Positions 46,502-55,654 of a DNA stretch of 64,000 nt are shown here, in pieces. The position numbers were made by a program, and so were the translations under genes. The DNA is taken from NCBI GenBank assembly GCA_965223705.1, contig OZ245015.1:1856001-1920000 (forward strand), read 5' to 3'. Each line of letters begins with the position of its first letter. Within the stretch, counting starts at the first letter, position 1. This stretch comes from Myxococcota bacterium. Its GTDB lineage: Bacteria > Myxococcota_A > UBA9160 > UBA6930. The notes beneath the pieces were generated by a model that saw only the letters and a list, made by a program, of their open reading frames with translations, did no database searches and had not been told where the DNA came from.

Positions 46502-48763
46502 TCAGTCCGTTTCGTCAGCCTCGCCGAGCACGCTCCGGAGCGCCGACGAGAGCGTCTCGATACGAAACGGTTTCTTGACGAAGGCGGTCTTTCCTTTGCC
46601 CGCGACGAGGTCATTTCCGAATCCCTCGGCGTGCCCGCTGAAGAATACGACGCCGATGTCCGGGCGGGCCTTGCGAACTTCTTCGAACACGTCTTCGGCG
46701 CGGCAATCGGGCATCGTCACGTCCAGGATCGCCGCGGAAAACGCGTCCGGGTCGCGTCCGAATGCCTCCAAGGCATCGGTGGCGGTGGTGTAGGTCGCGA
46801 CCTCGAACGCCTCCAGCCGCAGCGCGCGCTCGGTCATCGTGAGAACTTGCGATTCGTCATCGAGGATGAGGACACGCCGAACCGATCGGCCCAAACGGGC
46901 TTCTTCTCTGCCCTCGGTTCCCTCGCCACGAGGCACTTCCGCGAGCGGCAGCAACACGCGAAACCGCGTTCCTTGCCCCGGGCAGCTTTCCACTCGAAGC
47001 GCGCCGCGATGCCCGCGCACGATGCCCAAGACGGCGGCCAACCCGAGCCCGCGACCGGCGAACTTCGTCGAGTAGAACGGATCAAAAATTCTGGGCAGCG
47101 CTTCGTCGTCGATGCCGGCGCCGGTGTCCTCGACATCGAGGAAGGCGGATGAGCCGATCACGAGAGGGTCGCTGATGACATAGTCGTCGAGATCGCCAGC
47201 TTCGACGGAGACGACTCCCGTCGCGATGCGAACGCGCCCCCCCGCCGCCGGCAGTGACTCCGCACCGTTGGTCGCGAGATTCATCAAGACCTGGCGGATC
47301 TGAGTCACGTCGGCGCGCACCCAAGGGATCTCCTCGCCGGCGTCGAGGTCGAAGAGGGCGCGCTTGGACACGGCGCTCTGTACGAGGGGCACCGTATCGT
47401 TCACCAAAGCCGTCAGGTTGACCTTGCGGGGCACCAGTTCGTGCCCGCCGGAGTACGCCAACAGTGCGTTCACCAACTCCGCCGCTTGTTCGCCGGCCTT
47501 CGCGATCTCCGCGAGGGCGCTGCGATTTTCCTCGGGATCATCGCTTCGCATCGCGTACTGAGCGTTTCCGAGGATCCCCACGAGCAGATTGTTGAAGTCA
47601 TGGGCGATGCCCCCGGCCATGACGCCCAGGCTTTCGAGTTTTTGGGTCTGGAGCATCTGTTCGCTCAGCCGTCGTCGCTCCGCGTCGATCCGAAGGCGTT
47701 CGGCGACTTCGCTCTCGAGGGCGCGGTTCTTTGCCTGGATCTCCGCATAAGCGCGCGCGTTCTCGAGGGCCACCGCGATCCACGGCAGGATGTCATCGAG
47801 GTCGAGCGCGTTTTCGTCTGCAACCGCCGCATCCCAAAGCTTGAGCCGGCCGATACAGCGCCCGCCGACGCGAAGCATGTGCTCTGAAGCGGCGTCTCCC
47901 GCGGAAAGTGGATCCGCATAGAGGACCCGCAAAGAGCCGTCGCGTTCTTCGAGGCCGATGGAGATCCGCTGGAACGGGCCATTCGCTTTCAGCAGCGCCA
48001 CGATGGTGCGCGTCAGCGGTTCCAGCTCGATTTGATTCGTGAGCTCTCGCGCCCACACGTTTTGTCGCTCCAGGCGGCGCGCTTGCCGCGCGATGCGCGC
48101 GTGGGCTCGCGACAAGGCCTGGTACCCCTCGGCGACCCGTCGCTGTTGGTCTCCCAGCTCGCGCAGAGCGGCGGGTGCGTCGACCGTGCGGCGCAGCAGA
48201 CGCTTGAGAACCGAGGGCAGGGAACCCGATGGTGGCGGCGTGATCGTGTAGCGCGCGCGTCGCGGTTCGAGCTCCATGTCGACCTGTGCATCGGGAAGGT
48301 CGAGTTGTCTCGGGGCCGCACGCATCGCTCCCCGCATGGCGTAAAAGAACTCGGGGCAATCGCGATAGGGTTCCGGGATCCGCAGCGTCTCGCGGATGCG
48401 GCCGTCCGGCAGCGTCTCCAGGTGGTCCCGGACGATCGTGAACAGCGCCCGCCCCACTCGGAGGCTGCCCTTCGAATAGAGCGCGCGCGGGTGGACCACC
48501 AAGCGCGCGATTTTTCGGACGCTGCGGAGGCTCGGAGCGTCGCGGTGGTCCAAAGCGAGGTTCTCGAGGGCCTCGTGGGAGCCCAGGAGCTTGCCGGCAC
48601 GGCGCATCAGCTCCGCGAAGACGTCCCAATCGATGCGGCGTTCCGGGTCTCGCAGGAGGTCCGGGGTGACGGGGAGTTCACCACAGATATCGGCGATGTC
48701 GTGGCCTTTTGAACGCAGGCCACTCATCAGTAAGGCGCTGACGCGGCACGAGACCTCGTTCAT
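46502..48763 (-). CDS. cytoplasmic hybrid histidine kinase (N-terminal putative ligand domain, GAF-like segment, HisKA, HATPase, REC)
   Basis: QKLESLGVMAGGIAHDFNNLL, QVLMNLATN, DTGAGI, GRGLGL, REC ILDDE..LDVTMP..KPF. No TM segment. Confidence 0.92.
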   Translation of the reverse strand: MNEVSCRVSALLMSGLRSKGHDIADICGELPVTPDLLRDPERRIDWDVFAELMRRAGKLLGSHEALENLALDHRDAPSLRSVRKIARLVVHPRALYSKGSLRVGRALFTIVRDHLETLPDGRIRETLRIPEPYRDCPEFFYAMRGAMRAAPRQLDLPDAQVDMELEPRRARYTITPPPSGSLPSVLKRLLRRTVDAPAALRELGDQQRRVAEGYQALSRAHARIARQARRLERQNVWARELTNQIELEPLTRTIVALLKANGPFQRISIGLEERDGSLRVLYADPLSAGDAASEHMLRVGGRCIGRLKLWDAAVADENALDLDDILPWIAVALENARAYAEIQAKNRALESEVAERLRIDAERRRLSEQMLQTQKLESLGVMAGGIAHDFNNLLVGILGNAQYAMRSDDPEENRSALAEIAKAGEQAAELVNALLAYSGGHELVPRKVNLTALVNDTVPLVQSAVSKRALFDLDAGEEIPWVRADVTQIRQVLMNLATNGAESLPAAGGRVRIATGVVSVEAGDLDDYVISDPLVIGSSAFLDVEDTGAGIDDEALPRIFDPFYSTKFAGRGLGLAAVLGIVRGHRGALRVESCPGQGTRFRVLLPLAEVPRGEGTEGREEARLGRSVRRVLILDDESQVLTMTERALRLEAFEVATYTTATDALEAFGRDPDAFSAAILDVTMPDCRAEDVFEEVRKARPDIGVVFFSGHAEGFGNDLVAGKGKTAFVKKPFRIETLSSALRSVLGEADETD

Positions 48764-48995
48764 GGCACTGATCTCCCCCCGAGGATCCTAACGCCTGCGG
48801 GGATCACCCGGTACCAAGGTACGTCCTTCCACCGGGTTTGGTTTCGAAAAATCTGCGTCTTTCCGCTGAGTTTGGACTCGGCGAATCACTCGAAGCACGT
48901 TCAGGCAAACCCCCAATGCGCCGAAAGGAACCGTAGCGAGACTAGAACAGCGATTTCATCACCTGATTCTGTCGATTTCAGACGTTGGAGATCAT

Positions 48996-50276
48996 TTGTC
49001 GGACCGTTTAGAGGAAGCGCACCGCATCATCGGCGCGGCGAGAGATCTCGGACTGGCGCATCAGGTGGCGGAAGACGACGCGTTCAGCGGCCGAACGTTC
49101 AGGCTCGGCGGTCGAGACCTCGTCCACTTCGGCTCCTGCAGCTACCTCGGGCTCGAGCTGGACCCACGGTTGATCGACGCGGGGATCGACGCGTTACGCC
49201 GCTACGGCGCGCACTTCTCTTCGTCGCGAAGCTACGTGTCGTGTCCGCTGTATCGCGGCTTGGAAGAGCGGCTGGAAGAGCTCTTCGGTCGGCCCGTGCT
49301 GGTCACGGCGACCACCACCCTGGGTCATTTGGCGGCCCTGCCGATTCTCTGTCAAACGGGTGACGTCGTGCTCGTCGATCAGCAGGCTCACTCGAGCCTG
49401 CAGCTCGCGGCGAATCAACTGCGTGCTCTCGGCGTGCGCGTGGAGACCGCGGCGCACAATCAAGTCGGCCGTCTACGCCGTCAGGTCGCTTCGCTGCGAG
49501 AGGGGGCGCGACACATCTGGTATGTCGGTGACGGTGTCTACTCGATGTACGGAGATCGGGCTCCCCTCGAGACGCTGCTCGAATTGACGCGGCAATACGA
49601 ACAATTCCACGTCTATCTCGACGACGCGCACGGCATCTCCTGGTCGGGACGACGCGGGGTCGGTTTCGTCCTCGACCGCGTCCCCGATGAGGAACGCTGG
49701 GTCGTCGCCGTAACCCTGGGGAAAGCTTTCGGTGCAGGAGGAGCGGCCCTCGTACTGCCGAAGCGGGACTGGCAGCGCCGTATCCAACACTGTGGAGGGA
49801 CCGTCGTGTTTACCGGTCCCGTGCCTCCGGCGATGCTCGGGGCGGCGATCGCGTCCGCCGACATTCACCTGTCGGGAGAAATCGAAACGCTGCAGGCACT
49901 GCTTCACGATCGCATCGAGCGCTGCAACCGGGCATTGATCGAAGCGGACGTCCCTTTGGTATCGCGGGAAAAGACGCCCGTTCGTTTTGTGGCGACGGGT
50001 GCTGCCGCTGTGACGCAGGCCGTGCTCGGTCGTGCCATCGCGCGCGGCTACTTCATCAACCCGGCCGTCTTCCCCGCGGTTTCTCGAAAGCGCTCCGGAC
50101 TCCGCTTCACCCTGACGCTGCACCAGCGAGACGACGACGTGGAACATCTCGTTGCGTGTCTGGCGGAAGAGCTTCCGAAGGCGCTCCGCGCCGCTGGGTT
50201 GTCGATGTCGGAGCTGCGTCGCCGTTTTCGATTACCGCCGCCGGCGTTCGCCGAAAGAGACTCCCGCGCCGCTTGA
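48996..50276 (+). CDS. PLP-dependent alpha-oxoamine synthase (BioF/CqsA/SPT fold)
   Basis: TTG start with GGAG RBS. FGSCSYLGL, DQQAHSS, DGVYSMYGD, DDAHG, TLGKAFG. Confidence 0.88.
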   Translation: MSDRLEEAHRIIGAARDLGLAHQVAEDDAFSGRTFRLGGRDLVHFGSCSYLGLELDPRLIDAGIDALRRYGAHFSSSRSYVSCPLYRGLEERLEELFGRPVLVTATTTLGHLAALPILCQTGDVVLVDQQAHSSLQLAANQLRALGVRVETAAHNQVGRLRRQVASLREGARHIWYVGDGVYSMYGDRAPLETLLELTRQYEQFHVYLDDAHGISWSGRRGVGFVLDRVPDEERWVVAVTLGKAFGAGGAALVLPKRDWQRRIQHCGGTVVFTGPVPPAMLGAAIASADIHLSGEIETLQALLHDRIERCNRALIEADVPLVSREKTPVRFVATGAAAVTQAVLGRAIARGYFINPAVFPAVSRKRSGLRFTLTLHQRDDDVEHLVACLAEELPKALRAAGLSMSELRRRFRLPPPAFAERDSRAA

Positions 50277-50321
50277 CCGACGCCCGGGGTTGCGGTGTGA
50301 TCCACTTCGCGGGGTGGATCC

Positions 50322-51512
50322 ATGGCAACTTCCATCAGTCACTCGGCGCGAGCAGGGTCGCCGCTTCGCTTGGTCGCCGCGCGGCGTATCGACGAGCTGG
50401 ATACCGCGAGCTGGGACGCCGCTTTCGCTGGCCGAGGCCTTTGTGTGAGCTCTGCGCTGCGGGTTCTCGAACGGGCCTACGACGCGCCGGGTGCGCTTCC
50501 CGAACACGAGTGGCGGTTCTTCTACTTCGAAGTCTATTCGGGCGGCCGCTGCGTGCTGCGCACGTTCTTTACGAGCGCGCTGTGCAAGGAAGACATGCTC
50601 GCGCCGGCGCCGGTCTCGCGGCTCGCGGAAGAAAAGCGCGCCGACGACCCCGATTTCCTCGTCTCGCGCCTGTTCCTCATGGGAACGCTGCTCGGGGAAT
50701 GCCGACAGATGTGGTGGGACGAAGACGCCGCGTGGCGCGACGCTCTCGATCTGGTGCTCGACGCGGCGGCACAAGAAGCGGAGCGCGAGGGGGCAGCGAC
50801 CCTGGTGCTCGGTCAGTTCGCCCGCGAGGCCGAGTCGCTCGCCGAGCCCCTGATCGCCGCCGGTTTCCACCCGAGTCCGTTTCCGCGGGCCTATGACCTA
50901 CGCGGATTTTCAGTCCCGGAGACGTGGCTCGCGGGCTTGTCGCCGAAGTCGCGCCGGCACGTTCGGACCGAGGTTCTTCCCTACACCGAACAGTTCGTTG
51001 CGGAGGCGTCGCCGGCAAGTGGCGCAAGCGCCGCCGAACTCCGCTGCGCCTACGAGCTTCACCTGCGGCTCAAAGCGCGCTCGTTCGAAGTGAATGATTT
51101 CCCGCTGCCCGCATCGCTCTGGCGCGAAGCGGCCGCCCCCGGCACCGGTTTCGACTTGCTGCGTCTGCGGCGGCCCGGTGGGGAACTGCTCGCGGCGGGG
51201 TTGGGATTCGCCGAGAGCGGGGCGTACACGCCGGTGGTTCTCGGATTGGCGGCCGGGCCGCAGCGAATACCGGGTCTCTACCGACGCGCGCTCCTACAGG
51301 CGATCGAACGCGCTCGGGAGCTCCACTGTGAGGTGGTTCGTTTCGGCCCCGGGGCCGATCTCGAAAAGAGGAGAATGGGCGCCACACCCGTTCCCCTGCG
51401 CTTGTTCGTCCGCTTCCTGCAGCCCGAACGTCTCAAAGCCCTGGCGGAGCTCGTGGCCGAAACCGAGGCGCGCCGCGCGCCTTCGCTTGACAGCGCCGAC
51501 GCTCTCGCCTGA
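50322..51512 (+). CDS. GNAT / Fem-like acyltransferase domain protein
   Basis: IDELDTASWD, ETWLAGLSPKSRRHVR, GLYRRALLQAIERA..VRFGPGADLEKRRMGA. Confidence 0.75.
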   Translation: MATSISHSARAGSPLRLVAARRIDELDTASWDAAFAGRGLCVSSALRVLERAYDAPGALPEHEWRFFYFEVYSGGRCVLRTFFTSALCKEDMLAPAPVSRLAEEKRADDPDFLVSRLFLMGTLLGECRQMWWDEDAAWRDALDLVLDAAAQEAEREGAATLVLGQFAREAESLAEPLIAAGFHPSPFPRAYDLRGFSVPETWLAGLSPKSRRHVRTEVLPYTEQFVAEASPASGASAAELRCAYELHLRLKARSFEVNDFPLPASLWREAAAPGTGFDLLRLRRPGGELLAAGLGFAESGAYTPVVLGLAAGPQRIPGLYRRALLQAIERARELHCEVVRFGPGADLEKRRMGATPVPLRLFVRFLQPERLKALAELVAETEARRAPSLDSADALA

Positions 51513-51544
51513 AGCTTCCTTCTGACAACCCTCAAGGAGACTCT

Positions 51545-52441
51545 ATGTCGCAAGCACAGCTAGATCAGGTGATCGAGGACGTCGTCGCCACGTTCTCGTC
51601 ATGGGGTCCGGACACCACCCTCGACGAAATGCGCGCGGGTTGGGACGGAATTTTTGCCGATGTCGTTCCCTCGGTGGGCGCGAGCTCCGAAGCGGTCGAC
51701 GCCGGTGGCGTCAAAGCCGAATGGATCACCGCGCCGGGCGCCGCACCGGACCGGGTGATCCTCTACCTGCACGGCGGCGGCTACGTCCTCGGATCGATCG
51801 ACTCCCACCGCGACCTTTGCGAACGCTACTCCCGAGCGGCGAGCGCGCGCGTCCTGGCCCTCGACTATCGGCTCGCTCCAGAGAACCCGTTCCCGGCCGC
51901 AGTGGACGATGCGACGGCGGCGTACCGCTGGCTCCTCGACCAGGGGATCGCGCCCGCGCATATCGCGATCGCCGGCGACTCGGCGGGCGGCGGCTTGACC
52001 TTTGCCACGCTCGTCGCACTGCGCGACGCCGGTACTCCGTTGCCCGCTTGTGCGACGCCCATCTCACCGTGGGTCGACCTCGAGGCCACGGGTGACAGCA
52101 TGGCGCTTCGCGCCGACGTCGATCCGATGGTCCAGAAGGAGATGATCCAGCAGATGGGTCACACCTACACGGCGGGCGGCGACCTGCGCAACCCGTTGGC
52201 GGCGCCCCTCCACGCGGATCTCAGCGGTCTGCCGCCGTTGCTGATCCATGTCGGATCCCGCGAGACGCTCCACGATGACGCGGCTCGCATGGCCGAGAAG
52301 GCGAGGGCCGCCGGCGTCGATGTCGAGCTCGACGTGTGGGACGGGCAAATCCACGTGTGGCACGTCTTCGCAAGTCGGCTCGACGAAGGCGAAGAAGCGA
52401 TTCAGCAGCTCGGCGCTTTCGTGCGCAAGCACACGACGTAA
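51545..52441 (+). CDS. alpha/beta hydrolase, HSL-like esterase
   Basis: HGGG, DYRLAPE, GDSAGG, HVW. Confidence 0.93.
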   Translation: MSQAQLDQVIEDVVATFSSWGPDTTLDEMRAGWDGIFADVVPSVGASSEAVDAGGVKAEWITAPGAAPDRVILYLHGGGYVLGSIDSHRDLCERYSRAASARVLALDYRLAPENPFPAAVDDATAAYRWLLDQGIAPAHIAIAGDSAGGGLTFATLVALRDAGTPLPACATPISPWVDLEATGDSMALRADVDPMVQKEMIQQMGHTYTAGGDLRNPLAAPLHADLSGLPPLLIHVGSRETLHDDAARMAEKARAAGVDVELDVWDGQIHVWHVFASRLDEGEEAIQQLGAFVRKHTT

Positions 52442-52474
52442 GCGCCAACCGTTTCGCGCAAGCACACGACGTAA
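52423..52474 (+). repeat. 19-bp direct repeat duplicating the esterase 3' end
   Basis: GCGCAAGCACACGACGTAA at 52423-52441 and 52456-52474. Confidence 0.85.
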
Positions 52475-52488
52475 CCGTCGTCCGGTTT

Positions 52489-52515
52489 CGCGCGGGGCGC
52501 CCGTCGCCCCGCGCG
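52489..52515. terminator. GC-rich hairpin between convergent genes
   Basis: Perfect 11-bp stem CGCGCGGGGCG/CGCCCCGCGCG with a 5-nt loop and no clear U-tract. Confidence 0.55.
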
Positions 52516-53613
52516 CTACAGCTCCCGCAACCCCGAGCCCGGCTTTACCAACACCTTGGCGTGTCGCTCGGGATTCCCCAGCGCGGAAAACGCTTCGGCG
52601 ACGTGCTCGAGGTCGACCCGCCCCGTGATCAGGGGAGCGACGTCGATCTCGCCCTCCGCGATATGTCGCAGGGTCCTTTCGAATTCTTCCGCGCTGTAGC
52701 CGAGTACGTACTGCAGGTTGAGCTCCTTGTTGATCGCGTACATCGGCTCGAAGTGATCGCGCTCCATACAGACGCCCGCGACCACAATCCGCGCGCCCGA
52801 GGGCGCCTGCGTGACGATCTCGTCGAGGACGCCCGGAACGCCGACGCATTCGAAGATGACGGCGGGACGCAGGAGCGGTCCGGTGACCCACGGCGGCGGT
52901 GCCGGCGCATCCGCGGGGTCGGGCCAGGGCGCCCGGGCCGCCCATGCTTCGTACGGAGAATTCGCGCGCGGGTCGACGACTTCGTCGGCACCCATGGCAA
53001 TCGCCAATTCGCGCCGCCTCGGCGAGTAGTCCGCGGCGACGATCGGACCCGCGCCGGCCAGCTTCAGTGCCGCGACGACGGAGAGGCCCACGGGTCCACA
53101 GCCCACGACGAGCGGGACGTCGTGCCGTTCGAGGCGGGCCTTCTCCACGGCGTGCACGCCGACCGCCAGAGGCTCGGTGAGCGCGGCGTGTTCTGGTGCC
53201 AACCCGTTCGGCACCGGAAGTAGGAGCGATTCCATGAGCCGCATCGACTCACCGTAGCCGCCGGGGTGGTCGTTCGAGTAGCCGACGGTCGAGAGCGCGC
53301 TCGAGCGGAGCAGCAGAGGCATGGAACACACCGCGCTTCCGGTCTTGATCCGGCGCTGGGTGTCGGGGCCGTAGTCGAGCACCTCCGCGCAAAACTCGTG
53401 TCCCATGACGACGCCGCGGTCGAGGTCCATGTCGAATACTCCCCCACAACGCCGCCCGACTTCGACGAGTTTCTCGGTGTGCACCAGAGCGTGGAGGTCC
53501 GAGCCGCAGATGCCACACGCCAATGTCTTGACCAAGACCTCGCCAGGTCCCGGGTCGGGTGTCGCGATGTCTCGAACTTCGAGTTCATGGTTTTGCATAA
53601 CCACTGCGCGCAT
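52516..53613 (-). CDS. zinc-binding (MDR) dehydrogenase
   Basis: CGICGSDLH, GHEF, EPLAVG, GCGPVG. Lacks the 4-Cys structural zinc lobe. Confidence 0.9.
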   Translation of the reverse strand: MRAVVMQNHELEVRDIATPDPGPGEVLVKTLACGICGSDLHALVHTEKLVEVGRRCGGVFDMDLDRGVVMGHEFCAEVLDYGPDTQRRIKTGSAVCSMPLLLRSSALSTVGYSNDHPGGYGESMRLMESLLLPVPNGLAPEHAALTEPLAVGVHAVEKARLERHDVPLVVGCGPVGLSVVAALKLAGAGPIVAADYSPRRRELAIAMGADEVVDPRANSPYEAWAARAPWPDPADAPAPPPWVTGPLLRPAVIFECVGVPGVLDEIVTQAPSGARIVVAGVCMERDHFEPMYAINKELNLQYVLGYSAEEFERTLRHIAEGEIDVAPLITGRVDLEHVAEAFSALGNPERHAKVLVKPGSGLREL

Positions 53614-53651
53614 ACGTCCTCCGGTCGCCTTCCTCTGATAGACTGGGAACT

Positions 53652-54404
53652 ATGCCGGAAAACACGACGGAACGCGTCGCTTTCGTGACGGGCGGAGGCG
53701 GCGGTATCGGCGGTGCCATTTGCGACGCATTGGCGGCGGACGGTCACCGGGTCGCGGTAGCGGACCTCGCGCTTGAGAATGCCGAGGCCGTCGCTAAGCG
53801 ATGCGGCGGTCTTGCCGTCCATCTGGACGTGGCCGACGCCGAATCCCTCGAGCGCGCGGCGGAGTCGGTCGAGGCGCAACTGGGAGCGGTCGACATCCTG
53901 GTCAACTGCGCGGGCTGGGACCGCTTCATGCCGTTCCTCGATACGGACGACGCATTCAGTGATCGCGTCCTGGCCATCAACCTCGCCGGGCCGATTCGCA
54001 TCACGCGCCGGTTCCTGCGCGGCATGGTCGAGCGCCGCTACGGGCGGGTGGTGAACGTCGCATCCGATGCCGGGCGCGTCGGCTCCTCCCTCGAGGCGGT
54101 CTACTCCGGCGCCAAAGGCGGGCTCATCGCGTTCACGAAAACGGTTGCGCGCGAATCGGCGAGCCGCGGAGTGACGGCGAACTGTGTCTGCCCGGGCCCG
54201 ACAGACACCCCTCTCCTCCGGGAGATTATCGGCGAAGGTGAGCGCTCCGATCGCGTGATGCAGGCGATCGTGCAAGCCGTGCCGATGAAACGTCTCGGTG
54301 AACCCGCCGATCTGGCGCCGGCCGTCGCGTTCTTGGCTTCGGACGGGGCGGCTTTCATCACCGGCCAGACGCTCTCGGTGAGCGGCGGCTTGACGATGTC
54401 CTAG
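53652..54404 (+). CDS. SDR oxidoreductase (BadH-like)
   Basis: TGGGGGIG, NCAGWD, ASDAGRVGSS, YSGAKGG, CPGPTDT. Confidence 0.88.
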   Translation: MPENTTERVAFVTGGGGGIGGAICDALAADGHRVAVADLALENAEAVAKRCGGLAVHLDVADAESLERAAESVEAQLGAVDILVNCAGWDRFMPFLDTDDAFSDRVLAINLAGPIRITRRFLRGMVERRYGRVVNVASDAGRVGSSLEAVYSGAKGGLIAFTKTVARESASRGVTANCVCPGPTDTPLLREIIGEGERSDRVMQAIVQAVPMKRLGEPADLAPAVAFLASDGAAFITGQTLSVSGGLTMS

Positions 54405-54412
54405 GCCGGTTC

Positions 54413-55642
54413 ATGGCTCACCGACCGTCCGACCCGTTTGTCAGTGCCTACCTCGAGCCGCCGAAGGAATCGCTCGTCTGCGCGCCGCTCCTTCCGGCCA
54501 TCGCGGCACAAGCGGCCGAAGCGGATCGCACGCGGAGCGTGTCCTCCGACGTGATCGCAGAGATCAAAGCGTCGGATCTGATGCAAATGAGCGCATCACG
54601 CGAGCTCGGCGGCGGCGAAGCGACCGTTGCGGCCATCGCCGATGAACTCGAAGCCGTCGCAGGTTGCTGTTCGTCGACGTCGTGGTGCCTCTGGAATCAC
54701 TTGTGCGTGTTCCATTTTTATTGCGGCACCCTCGGGCCTTCGGGGAAGAACCTGCTCGCCGGAATTACGGCCGCCCGAGAATGGGTGAGCTTGCCCGCGG
54801 GAGCGGGCAGCCAAGTGATCGGCCGCCGCGACGGCGACGATTGGGTGATCAGCGGAAGCGCGTCGTTCGCTTCCGGCGCTCGCTACGGCGAGTGGGCCGG
54901 TGTGGTCTTCACCGATGACGGGGGGACCGGGGCCAAGGGAAGCGCTCCCGAACTCCTATTCGGAGTGGTTCGGACCGATCAGCCCGGCGTGCGCGTCGAA
55001 GCGACGTGGAACGGCTCGGCGCTGCGCGCTTCCGCGACGGATCACATCCACTACGAAGACGCGCGGATCCCGCCCGAGGCGCAAGGGCGCTGGCTCGACG
55101 AGTACCGCAAGACCTATCGCCGTTCGGACTACGCGGTCTTCTCCGAGCGCTACCGTGAAGACTGGGTCGGTTTGTCCGACCTGTGGTTGGGCGCCCAGGC
55201 CGTGGGATGCGCTCACGCGGCACTCGACGACGTGGCGAGCAGCGTGCGCAACCGCATCGCCATTTTCGGCGTCAAGATGTCCGAACGTCCGATGGTCCAG
55301 GTGAACCTCGGACAGGCCGCCGCGAAAATCGCCAGCGCGCGGAGTGTCGTCCAGACGGGCTGTCGCGAGACCGACGAACGGATTCACGCGGGCGTCGCGC
55401 CGACGGAAGCGGACTACCTGCGGCAGCTTTCTCTCTCGATGGCCGCGCTCGAGCTCTGCGACGACGCGATGAAGCTCCTGCTGCGCGTCCTCGGCGGCAA
55501 CGGGCTCCGCGAGGGCAACGATTTCGAGCGTCGCTACCGCGACATGCAGGCGATGCCGCTTCACATCAACGCTCACCGGGATCGCGTCTCCGAGCAGCTG
55601 GGTCGCCACGTGCTCGGGCTCGATACCGACAACCCATTCTGA
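54413..55642 (+). CDS. acyl-CoA dehydrogenase-fold flavin-dependent monooxygenase (HsaA/HpaB-like)
   Basis: AAEADRTR, CSSTSW, FASG, LRASATDH, ERRYRD. Confidence 0.75.
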   Translation: MAHRPSDPFVSAYLEPPKESLVCAPLLPAIAAQAAEADRTRSVSSDVIAEIKASDLMQMSASRELGGGEATVAAIADELEAVAGCCSSTSWCLWNHLCVFHFYCGTLGPSGKNLLAGITAAREWVSLPAGAGSQVIGRRDGDDWVISGSASFASGARYGEWAGVVFTDDGGTGAKGSAPELLFGVVRTDQPGVRVEATWNGSALRASATDHIHYEDARIPPEAQGRWLDEYRKTYRRSDYAVFSERYREDWVGLSDLWLGAQAVGCAHAALDDVASSVRNRIAIFGVKMSERPMVQVNLGQAAAKIASARSVVQTGCRETDERIHAGVAPTEADYLRQLSLSMAALELCDDAMKLLLRVLGGNGLREGNDFERRYRDMQAMPLHINAHRDRVSEQLGRHVLGLDTDNPF

Positions 55643-55654
55643 GCCCAAAGGACT

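Noticed and set aside
48900..48935. GGCAAACC...GAAAGG resembling a second GEMM riboswitch
   Set aside because: No P2 pairing and no GACGCAAAGC core.
50274..50321. UGA readthrough fusing the oxoamine synthase to the in-frame GNAT gene
   Set aside because: Two in-frame TGA codons (50274, 50298), no Cys-motif context, and the GNAT gene has its own SD and ATG.
52423..52474. Direct repeat considered as a mini-CRISPR
   Set aside because: Two 19-bp copies, a 14-bp spacer and no cas genes.
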